Positions 1 to 15,031 of a stretch of DNA of 64,000 bases are shown one piece after another. The notes below the pieces were generated by a model. It worked only from the letters and a program-made list of their open reading frames with translations, made no database searches and was not told where the DNA came from. Location: positions 77,252,001 through 77,316,000 of the forward strand of contig OX597823.1 in the NCBI GenBank assembly GCA_951406725.2, given 5' to 3'. Positions within the stretch are counted from its first letter, which is position 1, and every line of letters begins with the position of its first letter. The position numbers and the translations under genes are program-made. Origin of the DNA: Octopus vulgaris (Eukaryota).

Positions 1-553
1 CCGTGCTGCATCTCTTCAAAAAGAAAAGTTTTTTAAAAGAATATTTGCATAGTGTTCGAATACAAGGGGCATTTTCCTTGTTCCTGCCTGTTTCTGTCTC
101 TCTTGTTTACTCTTGTGGGTTCAAGGTCATTGTAGGTTGGAGGTCGTCTATATATATATATATATATATAAAGGTGAGTTCAATTAGAAGTTATAAAAAC
201 CATCTAAGGGACATTTGTATCCAATGAATTATTGGTTTATTACTTGTGTGAGTATGGGTATTAGTATTAATGTTCATAAATGATAGGTAAGTAAAGGAAT
301 AAACTGAAGTTTATCTTTATTTAAGGAAATAGAAGAAAATGGAGATAAAATTGATAATTGATAACATCAATTATTATCTATTATTTACCTAAAAAGGTAT
401 AGGAGGCGGTGGGGTTTCTAAAGTGAGTAATAAACCACAAAATGGAAGGGGTGAATACTAAGAATGGTCAAGTTTCTACAAATAGACTTATATATTTATA
501 CAGACAGAATACAGACATACAGATAGATAGATAAATAGACAGATAGATAGATA

Positions 554-940
554 GGCGTAGGAATGGCTGTGTGGTAAGTAGCTTGCTTACCAACCACATA
601 GTTACAGGTTCAGTCCCACTGTGTAGCACCTTGAGCAAGTGTATTCTATAGCCTTGGGCTGACCAAAGCCTTGTGAGTGGATTTGGTAGACAGAAACTGA
701 AAGAAGCCCGTTGTATATATGCATATATATATATGTGTGTATGTGTTTGTGTGTCTGTGTTGCCTCCCCACCAACATTGCTGATGTGTTTATGTCCCCGT
801 AACTTAGTGGTTCAGCAAAATAGACCGATAGAATAAGTACTGGGCTTACAAAGAATAAGTCCTGGGGTTGATTTGCTCGACTAAAGGCGGTGCTCCAACA
901 TGGCTACAGTCAAATGACTGAAACAAGTAAAGAGAGTAGA
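554..940 (+). mobile_element. SINE-A (tRNA-headed SINE with internal TA/TG microsatellite)
   Basis: Head GGCGTAGGAATGGCTGTGTGGTAAG (A-box-like) ... GGTTCAGTCCC (B-box-like), a central (TA)n(TG)n tract and the tail GACTGAAACAAGTAAAAGAG; many copies in the window. Confidence 0.85.
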
Positions 941-1464
941 GATTGGTAGATATTTACACAATGGACTTCTATTATTTTTCATTCACTAAATTTTTTAACA
1001 AGTCTTTGGTTGGCCCAGGGCTATACAAAAAGAGATACTTTTCCTGATACTTAAGAATTTAATTTAACCCAGTACGAAATAGCCAGTTAATTTGATCTAT
1101 TGATTTGTGAAGCATGCAAGACAAAATTGTTTCTAGCAGCATTTGAACTCAGTTTGCAAAATAAGATAACTAGAATCCAGTGATTCCAACATCTTCAACT
1201 CCAATTGTAGTTCTACCATGAAATGCATTTGGCTGTCTCTTTTAGAGAAACTGTTCAGATATGTGTGCTGTCTTCTCTGTGATACCATACATATGTTGCC
1301 TTTATTGTAGCTATTGTCAAGTTGTCAAGTTAAGTTGGATTAATTTGTGTTCATGGTGATTTATTTGCAGAAATATCCCAAAAATACAATAGGTATATGT
1401 CATGTTTGTTTAGTAGGTGTGTGTCTATATATGTGCACGTGCATGTGTGTATACATATAGATAT

Positions 1465-1513
<49 letters not shown>

Positions 1514-1539
1514 TATAGAGGTTTATAAATATGTATATA

Positions 1540-1965
1540 GGTGCAGGAATGGCTGTGTGGTAAGTTGTTTGCTTACCAACCACATGGTTCCACATTCAGT
1601 CCCACTGCATGGCACATTGGGCAAGTGTCTTCTACTATAGCCTCGGGCCGACCAAAGCCTTGTGAGTGGATTTGGTAGACGGAAACTGAAAGAAGCCCAT
1701 CATATATATGTATATGTATGTATATATATATATGTGTGTGTGTGTGTATTTGTGTATCTGTGTTTGTCATCCAGCATCGCTTGACAACTGATGCTGGTGT
1801 TTTTACGTCCCCGTAACTTAGCAGTTTGGCAAAAGAGACTGGTAGAATAAGTACTAGGCTTACAAAGAATAAGACCTGGGATTGATTTCTTCGACTAAGA
1901 GCAGTGCTCCAGCATGGCCACAGGCAAATGACTGAAACAAGTAAAAGAATAAAAGAAAAGAAAGA
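1540..1965 (+). mobile_element. SINE-A copy
   Basis: Full-length match to 554-940. Confidence 0.85.
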
Positions 1966-2039
1966 AAAAATGAATATATACACCCATATATATCAATACA
2001 TACATATGTACATATATCATGCATATATATATATAATTT

Positions 2040-2310
2040 TTTAAAAAAATGGAGAAAACAGACAATAAAATATAATGATGCAAGGACGTGGTACATAAGA
2101 GGCTCAGAGAAGGAAAGAAAGAGTGTTTTATGTTTCAAGCAAAGCTCTTCTTCAGAAACAGGAGACAGAGGAAAGTCCTAGAGAAAAGGAAGACGGAGGA
2201 AAAACAATTGCCAACAGTCCACATGTGGTTACATTTTGGAATGAATGGAAGTAGATGGACAAAAAGAAAGTACTTTCTGTGACAGGAGAGTGTGAAGAAA
2301 GGTCGGCAAC
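2040..2310 (-). mobile_element. Short repeat (HH family 2) with hammerhead-like motif, abutting (TA)n
   Basis: Minus strand at 2125-2160 reads GTTT-CTGAAGA-A-GAGC-TTT-GCTT-GAAAC-ATA-AAAC; similar to 6920-7155 and 43617-43745. Confidence 0.6.
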
Positions 2311-2498
2311 CATGTGTATGTGTGGGTGTGCATGTGTGCATATAGTGGTAACACATATACATATATATATATATACATACATAAATGTATGTGCGTGTGC
2401 ATATGTGACAACTCTACTGCTAGTCATAGTATCTTCGTAGAGTGCAAATGGAAGCAAACACGCCAACACACACACACACACATGTATGTGTATATATG

Positions 2499-2908
2499 CA
2501 GTGAAACCTTGGTTTACAAATTTAATTCATGCCTGAGGGCTCTTCGTCAAATGAAATGTACGTAAACTGAACCATTTTATTTATTTTACAGAGAAAATTC
2601 ATGAGGGCATGGTAAATTCGTGCAGAGGTATGCAATGAGCTAGACAACAACTGACACCATTCGGCTGATATTCTCAGCTTTATGCCAACAGAGTTAACGG
2701 AAAAATACAAACATACACAGAAGTCTATTAATCAATGAATCTAGCTATCTATCTGATATTCTCAGCTTCACGCCAACCATTGCTGCTAGCTTGCATGTAA
2801 ATTACACAAAACACCCTTGCCACCCAAAATAATTTTTCATGTTCGAAAAGTTGTTTGTAAACCAAATTATTCGTGATCACAGACATTTGTAAACTGAGGC
2901 ACTATTGT
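2499..2908. mobile_element. Tigger/pogo-like MITE
   Basis: Imperfect TIRs CAGTGAAACCTTGGTTTACAAA ... TTTGTAAACTGAGGCACTATTG; no ORF. Confidence 0.6.
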
Positions 2909-2949
2909 GTATATGTATGCATGCATGTATGTATAAATATATATACAGT

Positions 2950-3322
2950 GCAGCTATGACTGCGTTTAGGAATTTAAGAAGTTTGCTTCCCATCAATGAG
3001 GTTACAGTTCCAATGCATGGCACCTTGAGTGAGAATCTTTTACTCATGAATGGATTCGATTAAGAGAATCTGAAAGAAGCATATTGCATGCATGTGTGCA
3101 TATAGTCACACATATACATGTATGTGTGCATTTCTTTACATGACTGTTGTAAACGAGTGTCACCATCATTCAGGTGTCCTTCATTTTCTAATCTTCCATA
3201 AAATCTTGTCTGATAGAAGGAAAATATTGAATTTTGGTAATGGAAAGGTCAACCTGTCATAGAAAATCTACTTCAACAAATTCTCTCTCACCCATGCAAG
3301 CATAGAAAAGCAGATATTAAAA
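2950..3322 (+). mobile_element. Old SINE with SINE-A-like head and RTE-like tail
   Basis: Degenerate head; ends CACCCATGCAAGCATAGAAAAGCAGATATTAAAAT like the RTE 3' end; related to 51640-52062. Confidence 0.55.
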
Positions 3323-3441
3323 TCGTATGTATGTATGTATGTATGCATGCATGCATGCATGTATGTATGTATGTATGTATGTATGTATGTATGTATGTAT
3401 GTATGTATGTATGTGAGTGTGCATGTATGTATATGATTGTG

Positions 3442-3489
<48 letters not shown>

Positions 3490-3642
3490 TGTATGTATGT
3501 ATATTCACATATACCTCAAGGGTATGCCCTGGCACTTACTTCTATTTATATATCTCTCTTCCTTTACTCAGCCATCTCATTTATACTCTAATCCCCCATT
3601 CCTTGTAAGTATCCCTGACCTTTTGCCATCTCCATCCTACAG

Positions 3643-3679
<37 letters not shown>

Positions 3680-4390
3680 CTCTTGCACTTCCCTCAGGTT
3701 GGGCAACGGTGTATTTTCTTTGCAGTAGCACTCCTGTTTCTGTCTCCATTTCTGATCTTTTTCTCTCTGGCCAGGTAACCTTGTACTTCCTCTACAGCAA
3801 GACACCTGTATCTGTCTCACTAGAACCTTTTCATTATCACCTCCTCCCCTCTTTGAAGTTTTTGTCTTGCAAGTACTTGGTGACCCTGTCAATGCAGGTG
3901 CCACTTAAACACACACAGTCCACACTGTAAAGTGGTTGGTGTTGGGAAGGGCTTCCATCTGTAAAAATCTTTCAAAACTGACTTACCTGTGCTTGTGCCA
4001 TGTAAAAAGCACTAAGTCATACAGTTGACTGAACATGTCCAAACAATCAATGCTCCAAACATGTCCAAACAATCAATGTTTTCTGTCAAGTGTTTGTAGA
4101 GAATAAACGTATGATTAAGTTGATAACCTTTTGTACCTTTCCTGCTATATTTGTGTGTTAATGTCATGTGACAGTATAGTTTACATCTAAAAAGAAGGCT
4201 GACACAGCTGAGTGAACATATTTAGTAATAATCAAGGCACTCCAAATTTAATCTGTCGGGTGGGACAGTGGGCAAGAGTCATTTGTATATCGTCCAATGG
4301 CTAAAGTTTTGGTTGTTAGCTGTGTAGCTTCCTCATGATAAGTGGCAGAATGAATTTTGTGTGTGAAGAGTTATTTGTGTATGTACTCTG

Positions 4391-6520
4391 TTAAAGTTTG
4401 TCAAGTCTTGATTTGTACTTTTGTATGAAAGTATTTTCTTTATTTATCCATGCTTCATCCGTGGTATTCCCTGAACATTGGTAGAGTGGGAAGACCTGGA
4501 ATTTTGGGGATTTATTTTTTGCACATACGTCTATGTTTCCACTCAATAGAATTGATCTAGTACTGGGGTCTCATATTTGTTGTCGGTGAATGGTCAGTCC
4601 ATTTCTTAGAGTAAGCTTTGTTTGACCTGTGTAATCTTCATTACATCCTTGACATTTGATAGCAGGTCTTGCAATTGGGGTGGCCACACATTTTGACTGT
4701 TGGTGTAGGAATTTTGAGGAATTTTTTCGAGGGACCTTGATGGTTTTTACTTTTAATTTTGTATATTTTTTTTACTTTTGGTTTTGTATATTTCGAATGC
4801 TTGTTTCGTTCTTGGATCTTGTTTTAGTAGTGGGATGTTCTGATGGATAATATTGTAAACTTCTGTTTCTTGGGTTGTGTGTTGTCATAAATGGTAGAGT
4901 ATTGGATGTATCTGGAGCGTTTTTCGTTTTTTGTAGTTCTTCGATATTTATTGCTTTGACATGTTCTATTCTGTTGTCTATTAGCATTAATGGATATTGT
5001 CTTTTAAGTAGTACTTGTTTTAGTTCCTGGAGTCTTTTATTGTGAATTTCAGGGTTTGAGACAACTGTGCAGATTCTTCTTGCTAGATTAAAGGGGATAT
5101 TATTCTTCGTGTGTTTGGGATGGCATGAGGAGAACACTAAGTATTGCTTAGAATCTGTTTGTCTGTAGTGAATATCTGTTTCAATGTTTTTTTATCTCTT
5201 TTGATGGTTAGTATATACAGGAATGGTAGTTGAGTTTTACTGTATTCCATGGAAAAGTTAATATTATTGTTTTAGCTGTTGATAAGATTTTTTAAATCTA
5301 TAAGTTGCTCAAACATGTACGTCCATTGGATCAGGCATTCATCTAAGTAATATTTGTGAAAGTTCAAGCCATATATTAATTTAGATTGATCATATATCTG
5401 GACCTCTATGTATGCCACGACTAGATTCATGTAAGTCGGAGCAACTTTTGTCCTCATCACAGTCCCAGGTATTTGTTTGAAAATATTGCCATCAAAACCA
5501 AAAAAGTTGTTTTCGAGGATAAACTTGAATCCACCAGAGATGAATCTCTTTTGAATCTGTCTGGAATTTCATGAGGGAATTTCTCAAGCCATAAATTTAT
5601 TGCCTCTAATTCTTATTAGTGTGGGATTGTGGTATAGAGGCTTACCACATCAAAAGATACAATAGTGGTATTATTGTTTATGGATCTTGGGAGGTGGTTT
5701 AACAGGTCCAGGTTGTCCCTCAAAAGACCTGGTATGCATTTTAAAACAGATTTCAGTAATATATCTAAAAAGTTTCTGAGTTTGTATGTTTCACAGTTCG
5801 GGCCTGCTACGATTGGTCTAAATTTCAGGTCAGCGGGATATTGTATGTTTATGCAACTTGAAGTTGGTTCTTTATATGCATTCTTAATAGTTTGATTCTT
5901 ATGGATTTTGAGGAGATCACAGAAGTTGCTAGTCTTGCAAAATGGGTTAGGTAGTCACATTCATTGTTTGTTAAACCTTTTTGATATCTGTGAATGAGTG
6001 TGTTCAGTTTAGTCATTGTCTTTGATTTTTGGTAATTATTCACCTTTTCGTAGTGGGGCGGGGTCATACCTTGTAATATACATAGTATATCTCTTTTCTA
6101 GTGTCCATAATAACTACAGTACTTCACTTATCTGCTTCCTCACTTATTACGGGGTGGAAGTTCTTTGTAAGTGAAGGTAGATATAAAATCACAAAATGTA
6201 TCTAAGGCTTTACCTGTCATAGGCTTGTAATTGACTCTTTTTTCTTACAATTGATTCCTCCCTAATTTCTTTATCGTACAATTCCTCTGTTAGGTGTAGT
6301 TTTCTATAGAACTGTGAAATATTGTTTTGTATTTCATTCGAGTTAGGGTGCTATGGTGCTGGGGTAAATTTTAGGCCATTTGCTAAAATATTAATTTCTA
6401 CTGAGAAAGTTTTTTGTATAGGTTAATTGTCTGGTTTCTTATCTTTTTTGTATAGTTTAATTATCTTTGGTTTCTCATCTTCACAGTTGACATGTTCAGC
6501 CAACCATGTCAGCCTTAAAT
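4391..6520 (-). mobile_element. Decayed Penelope-like retroelement (RT + GIY-YIG endonuclease), probably Neptune-type
   Basis: Minus-strand peptide fragments ILANGLKFTPA, EADK*STVVIMD, FRPIVAGPNC, IVSFDVVSLYTTIPH, GTVMRTKVAPTYMNL, SSCHPKHTKNNIPFNLARRI, CGHPNCKTC, CQGCNEDYTGQTK and KENTFIQKYK; stops and frameshifts present. Confidence 0.9.
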
Positions 6521-6919
6521 TATGGTGCCAAACACAAACATTGTCACTTGATACAAACACATGGATGTAGTGGGGAACCTACAAAATTTTCTAAGACCAG
6601 TCATATGACTATCCTCTACCAATTAAATACTATTCAAAAGATATATTAATTTGAGACCTAAAATCCCTATAAAAATAGGGCAAGCTTCAAACATTAGGCA
6701 GAAGCAAGACAGCTGTGACAAAAGCCACGTCTTTATATTTGAATATTTTGAAAATCAGGGCAAATTGTAAAACCAGTTAAAACTTTAAATAATTTAATAA
6801 AAAAATTAGAATAATTCTCAGCATATCTTCAACTTCTACTTTCTTATATTTCTACCTGTGCAGAATCAAATAACTTTGTTTTATACATATACATACATAT
6901 ATATATAAAGAACTTTTTC

Positions 6920-7150
6920 TTCACCCATTCCCTTCTAGTCATTTCAATGTGTGCCTGCATGTGTATCGTTGGCGATTTTCTTTCTCCGTCTTCCCTTCCT
7001 TGGACCTTTCCTTTTTTCTATGTTTCTGACGAAGAGCTACACTTGAAACATTAAATCCTCCTTCTTTCTTTCCTTTCCTGAGCGTCCAATAACACTATAC
7101 TTGTTCCACATCCTCGCATTGTTGTGTTTTCTCTTTGTTCATGTTTGGAT

Positions 7151-7155
<5 letters not shown>
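6920..7155 (+). mobile_element. Short repeat (HH family 2) with hammerhead-like motif, ending in (TA)n
   Basis: 7022-7056 GTTT-CTGACGA-A-GAGCTACACTT-GAAAC-ATT-AAAT; runs directly into a long (TA)n. Confidence 0.65.
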
Positions 7156-7218
<63 letters not shown>

Positions 7219-7268
7219 ACATATTATATATTGTCACATATATATATATATATGACATATTATATATT

Positions 7269-7303
<35 letters not shown>

Positions 7304-7316
7304 CATATTATATATT

Positions 7317-7347
<31 letters not shown>

Positions 7348-7380
7348 GACATATTATATATTATCATATATATATATATG
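7155..7380. repeat. (TA)n with a repeated ATGACATATTATATATTATCA unit
   Basis: Four units separated by variable (TA)n. Confidence 0.85.
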
Positions 7381-8019
7381 TAATTTGGACCCGACATTTG
7401 CAGCACTCTACTAAAAATAACAGGACACAATAAGAGTTTTTTTAAATCTACAAAAGAAACAATTCAAACCCCAGACCATTATCAAACACCTGACATACTG
7501 AACAAACTTGATAAGAATCATGACTTTTAGTCATCAATAACAACAAGTACTCTATATTGATTATAAACCATTGAACACACATAAAATTATTTTTTCAAAC
7601 TTTTTCAGCCATCAAATTTAATGAAGTTTCCGATCGATATATCTTTGTTGTCCTTGCTAATGTTGTTTAATTGTTCCTAAGGTACTATGGCTCTAATTTA
7701 CTGCACTTCCTTACATGTTCATTTAAGTCCTTCAGTTCTTTTTTTACTTTAATCTTATTTTTTTTTTTTTTACTTGAGTGTGTATTTGTTTACTAATTTC
7801 TGGTTTGGAACATTTTTGATTTTTTTTTTTTGTTTTGAATTTTTTTACGGATTTCATGATAAGGAAAATAAAAAATTAGTATTAAAAAGGAGAATTACAG
7901 AATGTATTTTTTGTGGTTTTTACTCCATTTTAATTGAATTTCTTACAGTTTAATGTGTCAATTTGGTTTGTTCCTAACAAACAAATATCAAATCTAAGTG
8001 AGTGGTACTGAGAATCATC

Positions 8020-10085
<2,066 letters not shown>

Positions 10086-10739
10086 TAATGGCATAAAACA
10101 ATTATATTGGAAGTGGAGCGGGGGAATGTATGAATTATTCAGTGTAATGCATAGATTGCCAAGATAGCTAGGCAATACACCCTTTAAAAGGATCCACGCA
10201 GTTCAGATCTTTATGACTTTTAGTAAAAAAACCCATTTCCAAACACATACATATATATATCATATAAAAAAAATAGGCCCACCAAAAATTTCATTAGATA
10301 TGAAGCAAATACCGGAAGATAAAAACAGAAATAGTGCTGGCAAAAACAAAATGAAATGTATAAAATTGAAACAATGAATTAGGTCTAAAAATCCATTTTT
10401 TATATTTTATTTTAGTTGTTTTTATTTAATTTTATTTTAGTGTTTTGTTCTTTTGGGTTTATTTAATTTTTTTTTTTTTAGTTTTGTTTTTGCTTTGGTA
10501 AATTCATTTCAAGATTATACACGCAGTCTTTTCTTTCAATATCAAATGCTTGATAAATTTATATTGCACTTTTTGTTTCATGCTTGTTTGTTCAATTTTA
10601 ATTTTCTATTATAATTTTTTTTTTTGCCTCAGGATTGATAATGTCGGTGGTGGTGGTGTTGGCTGTTGTTGCGTTGGTGATGGTGGTGGTGGTAGTGGTG
10701 GTGGCAGTTGTTGTTGAGTGAGGCTTAAACTATTTTATT

Positions 10740-11078
10740 TCACGGTTGTCAAGCGATGTTGGGAGCCTCGGGCCGACCAAAGACTTGTGAGTGGATTTGG
10801 TAGACAGAAAGAAGCCCATTGTATATATGTGTGTATATACATATATATATATGTGTGTGTGTGTGTGTTTGTGTTTCTGTGTTTGTCCTCCCAACATCAC
10901 TTGACAACCGATGCTGGTGTGTTTAGGTCCCTGTAACTTAGTGGTTTGGCAAAAGAGACCGATGGAATAAGTACTAGGCTTACAAAGAATAAGTCCTGGG
11001 GTCGATTTGCTCAACTAAAGGCAGTGCTCCAGCGTGGCCGCAGTCAAATGACTGAGACAAGTAAAAGAGTAAAAGAAT
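10740..11078 (+). mobile_element. SINE-A copy lacking the head
   Basis: Body and tail match SINE-A. Confidence 0.8.
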
Positions 11079-11959
11079 GTGAATTTCAAGCAAATTGGGT
11101 ACCTTCTACATGGTCATTCCAATTGCTATATATACCAGCCAAAAGCCCTCAACTCAAAGTCATCAAGCAAAGAAAAAAAAACATGGTATGTTTAATGAAA
11201 CATTGAATAAGATGAGATTGATCACAAATATAATGGTCTTGATCAAGGTTTTGCTCCACTAGGGTTAGCAAGGAGTTAAACAACAATAAAAACAGTAACA
11301 GCAACATTGTGTATGCCATGCTAATTAGGAAATCACTATGTACTTGTTCAACCTGCTAGAAATAACAGCTGAGTTTCACTCATGTGTACTGCTAAAAATA
11401 AATGGTATATTTGACTAGAGATTTCCAAACTGTTTTTCAGGACTCTAGTTTGTTGATAACCTCAGATGTGTTCCTAAAATAAGTCAAATCTAATTGCTTT
11501 TCTTTAAGGAGTATTTAACTGTGAAATTCATTTGATACACATACACACACATTCACGCACACACATACATGCACACGTGCAAGCATGCATGCACACACAC
11601 ATACATGCATGCATACACGCATATATAAATACATGCAGACATACAAACATACATATCATTAAAATATATATAAGCATGTCTAGATATGCAACCATATGCA
11701 TGAGAATACATACATAAACACACAAATCTGCACATACATACATACATGCATTCATACATACATACATTCATACATACATGCATTCATACATACATATATA
11801 CATATATACATACATACATTCATACATACAAAAATACCCTGTTGTTGATGTTGAAATTCCAATGAGGGAGCCTTGAATCTAGGTTAGAAACCAGTTCTTT
11901 CTCTATTGGCTAGAAATCTTGAAATAAACTGAATAATGACATACTTACATGCACACATA

Positions 11960-12088
11960 CTGAGGTCGACTTTGCCTTTCATCCTTTCAGGGTCGATAAA
12001 TTAAGTACCAGTTGCATACAGGGTTCGGACTAATCGACTGGCCTCCTCCCCCAAAATTTCGAGCCTTGTGCCTAGAGTAGAAAAGAAT
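11960..12088 (+). mobile_element. SINE-B 3' fragment
   Basis: GTCGACTTTGCCTTTCATCCTTTCAGGGTCGATAAATTAAGTACCAG core. Confidence 0.8.
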
Positions 12089-12772
12089 GTATACGTGCTT
12101 GTATATAATTATTTCACGTACATAGTTATTTATATAGCAAATTTATCTGCTGAAATTGTTAGAAGTAGTGTCATACATTTTTAAGAAGGTAAGTCCTATT
12201 ACTTTTGGGAGTCAGAAAATTCCCCTTAATTTCAGAATATAGAATATGTGAAGTAATTGTATTGGTATGGACTTTGCATTTACAATGAATATGAACAATT
12301 AGCAACAGGTTATGGCATATAATGTGCAGGTTAGTTTTACAAGTGTCAAAAGTTGATTAATGAAGAAGTGATAATGAATGAAGATAATGTTACAATTGAT
12401 GAATTTCACAGAAGTAAAGTGTCTATATTAAGCATTAAAAGAAGTACTGAAGTACTTCAAGTAGAGGAATATGTTAAAATTGGACAATTATCTATCTTGT
12501 TTCGTGTTGATTCTCATTATGTGATAAGAGTTAGTGTGAAGTCAAAAGGACTTTGGCGTTACTTCGTGTCAAATGTATTAGTAAATATTTAGGCAAATAT
12601 GCAAACCTATATATGAGCATACAAACAAACATACATATCTACACACCATCCTTACACACATGCACAAATATAACACTTACATCTAGAGCCATATATATAT
12701 ATATGTATATATGTATGTATGTGTGTATGTGTATAAAGAAATATGTAGATTTTATATACATATATGTACATA

Positions 12773-13642
12773 TGAGGTCTGATCAATAAGTATCTGGGCT
12801 GTTGCTATAGTAATGAAGCTAAAGCACACAGAGTGAAGATACTTGGCAAAAATTGACCCTTGAACTCTGAACTAAGTTTTAATGTTCTAGCTCACTTCCG
12901 TTGTTTACAGTAGTGCTTGGTAGGAAGGTGTGTAACGTGTGATCGTTGCATTGACCATGACAGAGAAAGTAGTCATGGTGATACCTGCTCAGAGGCCTAA
13001 ACAAAGTTGCAGAAAGTGTATGGAGAGGAATGTATGAGCTGCACACAAGTGTACAAGCAGTTCTGATGCTTCCAGGATGGTTGAAAAAATTTCAATATTG
13101 ACTAACGTTCTGAGAGGCCCACAACCAGCAGAACTGAGAAAAACATCACAGATGTGCATGCAACTGTGACGGGAAATCATTGAATCTCCATCTGTGAATT
13201 ATCAGATGTGCAGGTTAGTTATGGTTCAGTTCAGTCCATTATCACTGAAGATTTGAGTATGAGATACGTGCCTGCCAAGTTTGTGCCAAAATTGCTTTCA
13301 ATTGACCAAGAAGACATTCGGGTTTCAGCGGCACAAGATCTCTTTTTTTTTTATTATTGTGTTAAGAATGATGAAAACATTCTGAAAACTTTGCGCAGAC
13401 CTCTGAGAAAGTATCACCAAGCTTTTGGCCAAATTTGATGCAGATTCTCTGTTCAGCTTTCTCGGTCATCTTCAATGCAGTGATCACACGCTACACACAT
13501 TCCTTCCAAGCACTGCTGTAAGCAGTGGAAGTGAGCTAAAATGTTGAAACTTAATTAACCTGCACAACAGAGTTCAAGGTCAATTTGTGTCAACTAGCTT
13601 TCTTACTATGGCAACAGTCCGGATACTTACTGATCAGACTAC
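12773..13642 (+). mobile_element. Internally deleted mariner element with long (~190 bp) terminal inverted repeats
   Basis: Ends TGAGGTCTGATCAATAAGTATC / GATACTTACTGATCAGACT; internal peptide SYGSVQSIITEDLSMRYVPAKFVPKLLS corresponds to the mariner WVPHEL-type motif. Confidence 0.85.
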
Positions 13643-13719
13643 ACACACACATATATGTCTGAGTTAGAGGTTAAGCAACCATCTAAGGGATAATAAATAT
13701 CCAATATACTCCTGGATGT

Positions 13720-13752
<33 letters not shown>

Positions 13753-13940
13753 CGATCGTGGCCGTACCAGCCTCGCCTGGCCTCCGTGCCAGTGGCACAT
13801 AAAACGCACCATCCGAGCGTGGCCGTTCGCCAGCCCTGTCTGGCACCTGTGTCAGTGGCACATAAAAAGCACCCACTACACTCACGGAGTGGTTGGCGTT
13901 AGGAAGGGCATCCAGCTGTAGAAACACTGCCAGATCTGAT
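13753..13940 (+). mobile_element. RTE LINE 3'UTR fragment
   Basis: Matches 43330-43520. Confidence 0.8.
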
Positions 13941-14530
13941 GACTTCTGAGGAATGCAGTGTATTGGCGAGAACCAGTTGCTGCTGGATGAACGGATGATT
14001 CCGAGGTCAAGCATGTACTAGAATTCTCGCTTGATTGTCTTGAGACAATCTGGTTGTAACCTTTGGAGTCGGGCAGCAACAGGTGAACCATGGGTCTTAA
14101 TGTGGTAGGTGACTTCATGTTTGATAGGCGGACTATGGAATACTGGTCAAGCAACGTTCAGGTATTCTTTAAGGATAGCACTGTGACGGGTTGTCATTGT
14201 CTGCAAAATGTTTGGGCTGACTGTGATCATATGAGTAGTTATACCACACACAGTGAGCTAAGTGGTGCTGTCAACAAGTCTTCTGTACTTGATGTCTACC
14301 AGGAGACATGATAGTTAGAAGTCATGATAGTTTGATGGACAGACGTACCACAAGAGTAATTTCTACTCATGTAGGTCGCCTCCTGTCCATTTGAACCTTA
14401 AATGACACGGCTCAGATCGTAGGTCGAAGAGTAATCTATCCATCACTTTTTGACAGAACAAAGAAATTTCTTTTGCGCCTGTTTGACCAGTGGTGGATCA
14501 GACAAGCGAGAATCCATAGATTCGGTTTCG
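13940..14530 (-). mobile_element. Ty3/Gypsy pol fragment (pre-RT region)
   Basis: RLQPDCLKTIKREF*YMLDLGIIRSSSSNWFSPIHCIPQKS resembles the Gypsy 'ML..GIIRPS.S.WASP...V.K' motif. Confidence 0.75.
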
Positions 14531-15031
14531 AATCTCAGTTCGGAAAAAGGAAGTGTCAGTTTTTACATGTGTATTGTACATTGATTTTTCAATACATATT
14601 TCGGATATTTTTGAAACAAGTTGCCTTATTAAGACTTGATATTTCACATTTAGATCCTACGTGATTATTTTTGGTGCAAATCGACTTATTAACACTTTCA
14701 CTTAACTGTTTTGTCAATGTCAACATAGTAACTAAGTAACCAGCTATTTACACACACACACACACACACACTTATATATACGTGATCACAGTTGTGACGA
14801 TTTCAGCTAAGAAAAAGAATTTCTAAAGTTACTTTCATTTTTTATATTCTTCTCCAGCTTTTTATTTGTATAAGATATACACCTATGTGAATGTGTGTGA
14901 CAAAAAAAAATTTTCATACAGAGGTTTCATTTAATTAATCAATTGTAAATAGAACATAGCTACAAATTTCGCCCCCCCGCCCCGCTGACTTTGGATGATC
15001 ATAACTTTCAGAAAAATGGATATTTTTTAAT

